A stretch of DNA of 53,088 nt, counting the filler, from Dimargaris cristalligena (lineage: Eukaryota), in NCBI GenBank assembly GCA_003614675.1. It is 3 parts of 3 records of this genome, joined end to end, with 100 filler letters (N's around TTAATTAATTAA, not from the genome) between each part and the next. Parts side by side here need not be neighbours in the genome. Positions count along the whole stretch, not along the records: positions 1 to 17,635 come from ML002793.1; positions 17,736 to 35,364 come from ML002794.1; 1 more part is not named here. One strand, written 5' to 3'. This document shows positions 11,572 through 23,700 of this stretch, in pieces. Both the position numbers and the translations under genes were made by a program. The number at the start of each line of letters is the position of its first letter. Position 1 is the first letter of the stretch. A model generated the notes under the pieces. The model was given only the letters and a program-made list of their open reading frames with translations. It was not told where the DNA came from and searched no databases.

Positions 11572-14500
11572 ATGATACGTAAGAATACTATCAGCTCACC
11601 CTTCTCGAAGGGGAAATCCCGCTCGCGACCCGAAAAAAATAAGAATAGGCCGTTTCCCGCGCCCAAGTCGCTTTCGAAAGGCGGCAATGTGCAGATTATC
11701 AGCCGACTGGACAGCTCCCATGTCCCCATCTCCTCGCCCGCACTAAGCCACCCCGGCAGCGTGTCAGCCTACTACAGCGACCGGGAGCCTTCCCAAGGTC
11801 ACATCGACCCTAGCGGCCGCGGCAGTGTAGGGGGTGGTGGCGGTGGGAGCATCGGTGGTGCCTCTCCGGGGGGTGGGGCAGGGAGCGTCAGTGCCGGCGC
11901 CGGCGTAGGCAACATTGGAGGTAGTGGCGGCGGAGGGGGTGGGGGTGTTAGCCCTTGGCATTACCGCTACCTCCAGGATTTCGGCGACCCTAAATTCAAC
12001 CCCAAAACCTACCTGGCCCGCCACCTCAAGTCCATGAACGACAAGGATATCCGGGCCGTTACGCAAACTTTGGACAAGACGAAACAGGCCGCGGGGATGG
12101 TATTGCGCCGCAACATGTATAAGACCTACCCCGAGTTTATCGAGATTTCCAAGGAAATGATGAAGCTGGAAACGGACATGTTTTTACTAAAGGATTTGTT
12201 GTCCGAAATGAAAGTGATTGGCCAGGACTTGACGGCCGACGTGGACCGAACGGACGTGGCCAGTCCGGGGAAGAATGGGGGCGACGCGGCCTTGTCATCC
12301 ATGGCGGCATCGGCTAAATTACAGCGCCGCCGGACGCTCCGCAATTCCGTCGCGGACCAGCAGACCCTATTCCACGCCCAAATGACCAGTTTGTGGAATA
12401 CTGTCGAAGACTCCCAGAACTTCCTCCCCTACCACCCCAACCGCCACGTCGTGACCGAATACCACGGCCTCCGCGAACTGAACCCCACCACGTACCAATA
12501 TAAGCAGAGCGTCAGCCTCATTTTGCTCAACGACAGTCTCCTGGTGGCCGCCCGGAAGAAACGGTCCAAGAATTCCAAAACGGTGCTGGTAGCCGACCAA
12601 TGCTGGACCCTGACAGACATTACCTTGGTGGACCTGAAGGATACCCGCGACTTGTCCCATGCGATTAAAATCGTGTATAAGGCGGAATCGTACATTTTCT
12701 ACTGCGTGTCGGCGGATACGAAACGGGATATCGTGGCGATGGTCAAGCGGGCGGTAGGGTCATTCATTGACTCCGCTAGCCATAACCCATCCCAGTCCAA
12801 TATACTGGCGGTGGCGGCAGCCACTACCCTGGGCGAGCGTAAAGCATCGGGACCGACCTTGAACAGCCGGACGGTGTTTGTGAAGGAAGATGACGACGCC
12901 CTGGTGGCCAAGCTCGAACAAATCCGGGACGACCTCGATGTCCATATTGCGCACCGCGAATTCGACCGGGCCGTCCAGCTCATTGAAGCCTCCAAAGTCC
13001 TTGTGGCCCAGTCCACCGAACTCTCCCCGCAGGTCCAGGCACTCCTCCAAGACACCAAGAAACACCAGGGCGATCTCATGTCGTGGATCATCAGCGACCT
13101 ATCCCTCCCCAACGCCTCCAAAGCCCGCATGATCCAGTGTGTGCAATGGCTGGTCAAACTCGACCAAACCGTCGACGCCAAAAACGTTTTTTTAGCGGCC
13201 CGGAGTGCCACGATCCGCCAGCGCGCCCGCCAACTTAAATTGGAGGGCAGTACCGAACGGCACATCAAGGAACTCGCTGTCGTGTTCTTTTACCTCGTCC
13301 GTAATACCTGCGGTTGGTATGCCGAATGTTTCCAAGAGCCCGCACTCACTTCGGGGCTCATCCGGTGGGTCCGCGAGGAGCTGTCCGTCTACGCTGATAT
13401 TTTCCGCCGGCAGGTGTTCCATAGTCTACAGAAACTGTCCGTCATTGCCGATTGTCTAACCAGCACGGAACACGAAATGAGTATCCTCATGTATTCCGGC
13501 CTGGACTTGAATTTTATGCTGGAGCAGGAATTCCAACGGGACTTGTCGGAATGCGTCATCCAACACGAAGGTAAATGCGCCACCCATATTGCCAAAGCCG
13601 TCCGCGAGGATAGTTTCGAAATCATCGGCTCCCTCTCCACTAATTCCTCCTTTAGCAGCAGCAGCAACCACAATAACAATACCGGTAACCCCAGTGCCGG
13701 CCCGCCCATCGCCGACCCCGTCAGCGATCCCGAACTCTGGCTGTCCAGCAGTCTCTACGAATTTGAACGCGCCGTCATTGCCTTTTTACACGATATCCGC
13801 TGCATCGCCCGCGAAACGCTCTACGGCCAAATCATCGCCTCCACCTCCTCACTCATTGAAAACACGCTCAAACAACTACTCACCCTATGCCGGGACCCTA
13901 AGAAAACCACCGATCCGCAGTGTTTCGCCATCATCATCAATTGCCGGCTCCTCGTGGAAGTGGTGATTCCCCGCATCGCCAGCGAATTCAGCCGCCTCTA
14001 CCACCGCCCGGGCATCGATTTTGATAACCTCAAGGCCCGCCTGGAATCGTTCCCCCGGACCATCCAGGAAGTCTACGCCCACCGACAAAGCCAGATTTTG
14101 GGCCACGATCGGTATCCCTTCGGAACGATGGACTACTCGGCGACGGACCCGATGCCCGATACCGCCGGGCCTACGCCGAACATGAAAAACGTCGTGTTTG
14201 ATTTGATGGCCCTGGCTAGGCAATTGGATGCTTGGCCGTTGGAGAAAAAGGCCATCATGTCGGCGATTATCGAGCGCTTTTTCTATAACATGACGGATCG
14301 TAAGTTTTCCAGTTTAGTTGTTGCTATTTATTTATTATGAATACCAGAGGTCCGTTGTCTGGGGAGATGTCCTTCCCAGGAATCAACCATGCTTAATATT
14401 TCGGCATATTCCAACTTCCCCACCGTTTCCTATGCCATATATATTTTGAAACCCACCCTTGTTCCGGAAAAAAAAACAACATGTATCCAGCCGCCGGATG

Positions 14501-15213
14501 GGATACGTCATCAGGGAACCGGTCCTTCGGATCACGGGGAGTTCAGCAATTAGTTCTCGATATTCACTTCTTTTTACGGGTGGTAGGCCCTTGGGTCAGT
14601 AAAAATGCCAATTCGGTGGCTAATAAGCTCTGTGAAAAGGCCCTACGTTTGTACTTCAGTACCAATAAGGACCGTAGTCAACCCATGAAGGTAAGCGAAT
14701 GTATTCATGTCGATGTGAATAGATTGTTTATTTTCTAACCAGCTGAAGTATTTTTTGATCTGGTTATTAGTTGGGGGGCGTGGGGTTGTAAAATCTTATA
14801 ACCGCGGACATTCCCCATCTGGCTTTTCTGGTTGGTCAATACTTGGGTACATTGATGAATTGCTTATACAACTTATACGCCTCTATGCTTGCATGTTATA
14901 ATCCAGACCAAACCGTGGTACGATGCCCGAGTTGCTGAAACTATCGAGTCACTTGGTCGAGGTAAGTCTCCACCTTTATGGAGAATTTGAGAAAAATGAA
15001 TATATGTTAATCCATCCATCCCAAGCATCCTCTATCGATCTTCATTTGTCCAACATCATTGACTAATATTACTTTGGGTTCTCCAATGGTTGGTGTGGGA
15101 CACTGAAACCTCAAATATAACATTCTTTGCTTCAATCACCGTTAGGCTTCCCTAATTTCGGTCGAGTGGAGTTGTCGCCATCATCAACATCATCGCCTTC
15201 ATCTCGCCGCTAA
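11572..15213 (+). CDS. EXO84: Exocyst subunit Exo84 (exons 11572-14299, 14491-14690, 14907-14961, 15146-15213)
   Basis: Vps51-like N-terminal helix (FGDPKFNPKTYL...NMYKTYPEFIEISKEM), PH-like domain (LLNDSLLVAARKKR), helical rod, and C-terminal GVQQLVLDIHF. All three 3' introns are GT-AG and phase-consistent; stop TAA at 15211-15213. Confidence 0.9.
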
Positions 15214-17635
15214 GTGGGCTTATTCCCCCACAGCCATATACATTGGCCCCTCTGCGCCCTACACCCATTTTTCTTTGGTCACGCTTGGTGCATACTGGCC
15301 CAACTGGTGTATCGTTCACACGATCAAACTAAACTCCAATATAGAGGAGTCATGGCGCTCTGAATAGCATCCAGTCTCTTCGTGTTTATTTTACTATATC
15401 TTACCAGACACTCGCACCTATATTTATACCATTTAATATAAGACTATTGTGGACAGTTTCTTTAGTTTTTATGACATAATATATGTATAGCGGTGATTGA
15501 GTACGGGGGGCCTCGAAAGGCATGGTAGATTGTAACTGTTTAGCAACAATGCCAATATGTTCTTTCATATTCCGGAAAAAGATCGGAGATTCAGTTATAG
15601 GTATTTCATCTGGCCCAATCTTGTAAAGTAAATTCCCGATGGATACGCTAAGGGTCATCCGTAATACTGGGTCAGAGACGGGCCTAACATTTCACTACCA
15701 CTCTCTTCTGTTCCTTGCCATAAATGGCAGGATAACCCTGGCCAGGTCTACGGCAAGGAGCCTCACATGGGAAAATAGCCCGATACATAGTCAACTGAGC
15801 ATTAGCGTAGTGGGAAGTAATTGTCTGGCTTATAAATCGATAAAGCCCCCAATAACACTTATAAGCCCCATCCATTCCATTATGAAACTCGCCAACTTGG
15901 CTAATATATATGGACCAAGATCGAACCTAGGCAGACAGGGCCAGCTAAATGATAAGCATTAAATATACATGGTCCAACAAAGTAAGACCATACAAGATTT
16001 GCGATGTAAGACACTTATTGTAATAGATGAGATTAGGGCTTTTTCAAATTTTAGATGGACGTGTATGCAACTAAATAATGCGGACATAGTTGCTGAATAA
16101 TGCCTGATTGGGGCTCAATTATATTACACAGGGGATATGATAAAACTAGGTGTGTTTTTTTTGTAATGGCAATAGTTTCTGGTGTATTACGGCTATGCGA
16201 TGGTCAAATGAACCATGTGGTGGATCTAGATATGGTCACTGGCTGTCATATTGGTGGGGTTGAAAGTCCCAAAAGGTCCACAAACTATATTAGTAATATA
16301 AGCTAGTCGACAGTGAATAGGTTACTGCAACTATTATGGCTCAATGGATGGGATGGGTGCTGGGCTGCTAATGCAGCTATAATGGTAATTTACATAGAGA
16401 AATCGGCATCCCAAAGGAGACCATTGCTATGGGCCATAAACCATGTGCCCCAAAAATAACATTACCCAATAAACGTAGCAAGGCATCCTGTTCCAGTTGA
16501 TGATATTTGACCACCTTCAATCACACAAGCTTGGAAATAGGATGGATCATGAGTATCCCTTTTCCTATTTTAGCCCAAAGATTTCAGTTTACCAAGCTGT
16601 ACAATGTCCTTTGTATTTAACCACTAAAAATACTCCCAGCCAACTGCACCATTCAATAAAACTAAAACTACCCAGATGTATCTACTGTCCTCTAGCCAAC
16701 AACATCCCTTCCATACAGTTTTATTAATACATATTTAGAATTCCCAATAGAATGATCCCCAGCTACCCAGCCTGTCTCCATCTGAAGTCCAGATAAGAAT
16801 AGCCCCCACCAACTGCAAATTATTGTCCTAGAATCTCAGTTTCTTAAGAGGCTACCACAGTACCAGCTGGTGCTAAATAAATGTTATAAGTTTTATTTCA
16901 ACATGGAATTATGTTCTGCCTCGATAAAATCGATAGTCATCTTAAAGGCCATGTGTTATGAATACTATATGACAACTATTTGGAATGGGAACAGGAATAT
17001 GTAATATAGATAACATTATTGGATAAACTGCAAGCTCTCTCATAGATAATAATCCGAGATATATCAATATAGCCTAGGTAAATTAGATAAAAGTAGGAAA
17101 GAACCGCAAGGAGATGATTAAGCTCTCTGTGTTGGAAATTCATTTCCCCCGTCCCACCAATTCCTTTACTCTGATTAGCTCGTCCTATACTGGGGACTAT
17201 ATTCTAATCTTTACTATATCATTCTATACCTGGGACTTCATCCTAGTCATTATTACTACTAATTCCAACTCAATAAAACCTACCGCGGGCATCTAGCCTT
17301 GCCCCTTGCGGTTCTTTCTCTCTTCTTTAAAACATTTTAGTTGTATTAGAAGGTACTTGCGTTTACTATCAAATCCATATTTCCAACATAATGTATATGC
17401 TGGATATATATGGGAAAAGTTCAACCATACTATATAGTAATAAGTCTATTAGATGTAGCATAAACTACTAGTTAATAATAAATCTCTCATATTTTCCCAT
17501 ATGTGGTGGACTTACCACATTTTTTACCTACTTTTATTTTTAATCCATTTTTCACACTTATCAGAAGTATGCCCCTGACAAGTATAGTCATTTTTCCTCC
17601 ATTTTCATTATTATATTGTTTTTCCTATTATTATA

Positions 17636-17735
17636 NNNNNNNNNNNNNNNNNNNNNNNNNNNNNNNNNNNNNNNNNNNNTTAATTAATTAANNNNNNNNN
17701 NNNNNNNNNNNNNNNNNNNNNNNNNNNNNNNNNNN
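17636..17735. other. Artificial contig-join spacer (N44-TTAATTAATTAA-N44)
   Basis: Exactly 100 bp with a palindromic all-frame-stop linker at 17680-17691; identical to the spacer at 35365-35464. Confidence 0.97.
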
Positions 17736-20700
17736 GCGAAATAAGTATCGCCAATAAATAACAAAACGTCGACGGCATCTATTAACGATAATCTATTAAT
17801 GGTCATCTGGATTTGAACATGACAGCTCCCAGAGCGTAAATATATCCAATTATGGTAGGAAACGCTCCTCTGGTTCATCACATGATGTCAAGTTGGCGGA
17901 TTCAAGACAATCTAGGTATACTATCTTTTGGCGCTATCGTTATGATTTGGGCTATGAGAGAAACAAAGCAGAATGTTATACATATATAGATTTCTTATTA
18001 TGTCATTGACATGCACTACCACTTGCTCATGAGATGGTACTTTCAAAATCTCTAAAAAACCAATCACGTGACCGTATATATATATATGCGTGTTCACTGT
18101 GGAGCCCAAAGAGTTGTATTAGGAACCAGCTTGGGTTAAGGCATTTTTGAGTAAAATTTGATTAAATAGTTTCAATACAATGCATGCTATTGGTATTTTT
18201 GGAAACATTGATGCCAGCCATCCAAGAATATACCCATATTTATTGTTAGGCCCAACCTTTACTGTGTGTGAATTAAATATGATTCGTTTAAATACCCATG
18301 GTGGTTTTGGAGAGTTAAGTGTAACTGCTGTGTATGTCGCTACTGCTTCAAAGTCCACATATGATAGTCGTACTCAATGGATATGTATCGAAAGGGCGAA
18401 TTGCGGCTTCCTAGTCGAGAACCTGCGTTTATTATAATGGGAGATACCCGTCCCTAAACCTGGCTTGATATTGGACACTAGTTTCCAGAATAAGAATGGA
18501 ATGCCTTGCAATCAATTAAAGGCAATAATATGGTTGTTATTCCCTTTTAGGGGTAAATCACCCCAAACTAAGGTACATGCAATATATACCGGATATTCCC
18601 TTCATTCGGAATACCGTTCCGATATGTGGCCGTAGAATGAATCCCATTCGGGGGTAGGGGACATCAAAAATAGGGTTGAGGGTATTTAGAAATAGCCATG
18701 GGTCCATGTGTAATGGGGATACCTCCCGCACTGACAGACTATATCCAACAATTGCAGCATTTTAAAGAAGCCCCCTTTCTACATACGTCCAAGTAGTGAA
18801 AATGACAAGGATACTTGAATGGTGGCCCGACAGTAATATACATGTGCAGATGACAACCACTTAAACGCCGCTAACATCACCAACTAATACTCATCGACTG
18901 TATACCAGCCTATAGACTAGTGTGCCAAAAACAAGATCTTGCATTCAAAACCTACCATATAAGGCCTAATGGAAAGTAAATAAACGACCGTTAAGGTTAT
19001 ATATTTGACGGCATTCAGCGGCAGTCAATGACTAAACTGGTATATGGCGAGGCTGATTGGAATATATATTGCCGTGGGAATGCCTTTGATGACTACGTTC
19101 GTACGGGTGATGTAATACTTCTGCCGATTAGTGGTTGGGAGGGGCGAATATTATCAAAATGTAATTTTACCTAAATGGCCATCTATCTCCAAAAAAAGAA
19201 AAAAACAAAGAATCCGGGAGCGTATCCTTAGTCTTAGACTGAAAATGTAGCGAATGTCATCACTAATCCGGTACCTTGCATTTTTAGCGACTATAGGCGT
19301 ACCGTGAGCGAATATACAATGTTGGATATTGACTCTGAACCAGTCGATTCCGGTTAGCAAGTCGATTTGTATGTATAGCCGACGGCTGTCGCATAATATT
19401 ATGCTCATAGTATTGGAAAGACCGAAAAAAAGTTTACCGATGGGTTGAATTCAGCCTGGAGTATATATTCTAGTATGGTCGATATATGTTGAGTATCAGA
19501 CCTTAATAAGATACTATATTTTAGGGTAGTATACGCACCTAGTCTGGGCATAATATTAAAGGTATAAAATAATGGAGTCGGTAACCCTAGCCTTACTATT
19601 ATCCGCTGGGCTATCGGGAAATACATTGGGCCCCAATCCTGTTATATCTAGCACCTCGGTTGGCTAGCTAAGCTTAATAGATTACAAATATTTATTGTGC
19701 TATTTCGATCTTCAGAGTTCCCTACAGTAGGAGCATTGTATCTATTGTGACTGCAAAGGGTTCTTGTATTTATAAGTAGGAGCATTGGTATATACTCCAA
19801 AAAATGCAGCAGGCTTAATGTGATGATGGTATGGGTAATTGGCTAAACTCCGGGATGGCCTTGGTGAGTCCAAGGAAGTAGGGATCATTTTAAGGACATA
19901 TGCTGGTCGGAGACTACAGTTTAGTCCATATATTCCGAGACTTTAAGAACTAAATTACATACCCATAGCATCATGTACTCAGGCTTGTTTGATTCTCAGT
20001 TGCTAGCTGCATATTTTTTTATACAAAAGATACCTAGGATAGGGTTCTAACCATCAAGGGACGGTGCTACCCCTTAAAAAATATCAAGTGGATCAGTAGT
20101 GGAATATGTTGCTATGACGAGAATTATTATATGGTTCATCTTACTCGATCATACATGGCTCCGACTTAATAATCAGTTCCAGACGGATTATTCCTTATTC
20201 CCTGATATTATTTAAGCGTATGTATTAAAGCATACTCATATTGGTACGTGGATAACGACATAGGTTCCAATTGAACACCAGTCGGCTTTGAAGCCAGGCA
20301 GTGTGTACATTACGTACCTTTCATACCCCATAGTGGCGGTAGGCAGCCCCCGACAAAGTAAATTAGGCCATCACTGACTAATGTCGTCCAAGAAGGCGGT
20401 CCAGTCGCACATATACTAACCTGCCGAGGCATGTGGGTGCCAAATAAAGTATATCAGCTGCATAAGAATATGGCGACAATTGTATTGATTCTGGCCATGA
20501 TTCAGCGCCAGTTAATGAGTGAAAATAGAAGAACGGGTGTTTCATGAGTAAGTCGAGGCTCAACAGTCAACTATCACTTGGGTCTCCGCTAAGAGCCATT
20601 ATGATATATAATTTAATATAATGGCACACAAATCGTCCAACTCTGCAATTAAAAAAGAATCGACGGTTATGCTTGATCTCATCGATCGGCTATAAGGTAC

Positions 20701-23700
20701 CGATGAGGTGTAATGCATTTTAAGGGATGCTATGTATAGAAATCGGATCGGATCGTACAATTGATGGGTGATGTTAGGTTGCTATCGAGATCGCCACTTC
20801 TATGCAAAACGATCCAGTACATAGAGGGCTTTATAATATGACTACCCCGCAAATCTGCTTGACACGATTTAGTGAACAAGCCCTCAGTGATGAGGCATAA
20901 GGGTGAAATTTGGCCCAGCTGCATAACAATTTTTATATTATTGGTATGGGAGAATAGTCAGGAAATTCATTTTAAATCAGTAATTTTTGCCTCATTAAAC
21001 GAGTTTTTTGTTGTACGGCCTGGTTGAACCTCTCCGATATTACCTACGCTCTATTCTGCCATTATAAGACTGGATCCAGCCCGATATATTGTTTCATTCT
21101 TCCAAAAAAACAACTATTTTAGAGCCAAATGTCTTCAAATTTTGGGTAATGGGAGACCCTATAGTATTAGAAGCAAGGTCGTGAAATGACACAAAAAAGC
21201 AACCGAGGGATTGTGGGGATGCGGTTGCATGAAAGCTAAATCCCAATTCACTTAGTGACAAGGCCCTACAGTGCGGCTAACGGGAATTAGTCTATGGTAT
21301 ACTTCCGAATAAATCCTTTCTAATAACAACTGGTTAGCCTGGGCCTTTGGTAGTACTTCCAAATAAAGTAAAAATAGTGAATTGAAATAGCTGGTATGCA
21401 TCCCGTAAATCATATACGCTTGGACAGTGTAGTTTGGCAACATGGTTAAAAGTATTCCCATTGATTGATACAGGGAATTTAACCTAAATGGGTAGAGGGG
21501 GTTGACCTGTGCTTCATGGCTATGTACATCTGAAACTTCATTGACACGTACGAGCCATATGTACGTAGAGAAATATATATCTATGCATATCAGCGGACCT
21601 GGCTGTGTTCCTGGATAAGGTGGTCCCGGTCAATTAAACTTATATAATTCTGGAATGAACTTACAAGGATAGCAATGACTAACACGGTAGCTTCCTAAAA
21701 CTATACAGATAGTAGTATCAGACTAGAGTCTATCCATCTGCATAACAAAAAAAAATATCAAAACTGGTATAGCTAGTTTAGCGGTAATGTCCGGCCTGCT
21801 TTCCCGTTTACATCTCTTTAAATGACTTATACAGTTGTTGACTTTAGCTTTTATGTATCTTCTACCTTGCTATAAGGTGGTTTTACAAAATGAGATTATA
21901 GACATCTGCGTTCATTCCGAAAATCCGTGTGGAATACGAATTCCCATCACAGTCATAGGCATGTTTGTCGGTTCGTCTAGCAGCAGTTTTACCTGTTTAA
22001 TCCGTTTACTATTGCCTTGGAATAGGTGTATAATGCAACCAAAATTATCTAGTATTCTGAAAACTCCCCCAGGTCTATCAAATATCGGTCCGTTGGGCCG
22101 TACCTGGTGGGATATCAAATGGGACTAAGCAAAGCGCATCTTGGCCAGTCGCTGTTTCAAAGGCTAACGGACCCACTCCGCGACAGGATAGTAAGTGGCC
22201 TACCGTTGGGCGTTATGAAACGCATCTTTTCTTGAGAGCGAGACTTTAAATCGATATGGGGGAATTTCCTGGGGTGGTCAATAAATGGGCCACTCACTAG
22301 AAATCCCTTGGAATATCACATCCTCTAAAATACGGAGGTAGTGTTGGTAACCGTGTCTACCCAACAAAAAAACTTCTGGTTTCCACACTCAAAGTGGATA
22401 GATGAGGGGAAACGAGTTTGAGTGAAACTGGTACCGTGTTTTTTTGTCCCTCATGATAATATACCGCCGCACCCGTCTACCCACAACCTAGAGCTATTGA
22501 CAACGGCTAAGATACGTTGGACTTGGTAAACGAGTACTATCTGCAGCCAACTTACTTTACAACATTGGGTAAATTGGGATCAGGTGGGGGGATAAGTCGC
22601 ACACACATACCCGCATGTCCAGGGGGTGCTATAACCTCTACTCCTTCACAGCCACCTCCTTCCCCCTGTATTACCAAATGATTCCAAATTAGACCGCGTG
22701 CCAGTGGCCAGTTCCAATCATAAAAAGAAAGGTTTTAATACACCGTCTGGCCAAATAGGAAACGTGACTCAGGATCCCGCCAATTCCATGTAGCTTCTGG
22801 TGGTTTAGGGTATTGGTCTATAATAAACCTTAAGACCTAGCGCATTCCATGCCAATGCAGCAGTAATACCAGCCAACGGAAAATAACTAGAGGCGGTGCT
22901 GTAAGATGCCCTAAACTTTCGGTAATGAGCTGGGCAGACTATAATTCCTTAAATCCATTTACTACGGATATTCTGGGTGTTATTTGGCACCCAAGGGCCA
23001 GTCGGAAAGGGCGGTCGGATGATGAAGTTTGTCCTAGAGTATTCATGGTTTCCGTATCATCTTTAATCTACGCCACCGTCAAACTCCACCACTACGCCTT
23101 GACTACCCTGCTACTAACTGCCACCCCCTTATTATTCGGGTTGAACAGTATATACCAATTCGCTTTTCCCCGCATACGATCAAGTATTTTCGAGGTGTGC
23201 TGGTACAGCCATGACCGCTGGCAAGGAAGATTGGCCAGTGATACTCATTAGGCACTATTCAGTACCACTCAGGAGAAAAATGACGGAAGTCTCGATATGG
23301 TGTACTGGATGAGGGGTCGTGAATTGTCTGGCTGCATTGTCACTATTATTATTACACGATCTCTTCATACCCAACCCATGGGGTGACCAGGGTAACTGTC
23401 CTATTAATCACATGATTATGTACCCGTGGGGCAATGTTCTCGGGGGCTGAAGGGCAAACGTCAAGGGAGATTTGGGGATCAGGTGAGGCGCCTATTAGGT
23501 AAAACTGGTTTATAGGTCTACTATCATACATTTCTCATAATCCAAACAATTGATCGGTTACGTACTCAATCCACAACCAGCGACTTCCCCCCTTTCTCCC
23601 AATAGGACAGTGTTGTATAGGGCTTGAACCGGCAATTATACAGGGGACGATATAAAATCTATGACCATCGGCGAGTGGATCGCGACCTCTATGGTTTTTC

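Noticed and set aside
15905-15940. GGTTCGA T-loop-like motif on the minus strand
   Set aside because: The T-stem does not pair properly and no acceptor, D or anticodon arms are evident; not a tRNA.
17680-17691. TTAATTAATTAA palindrome as a biological site
   Set aside because: Embedded symmetrically in Ns and repeated identically; assembly linker.
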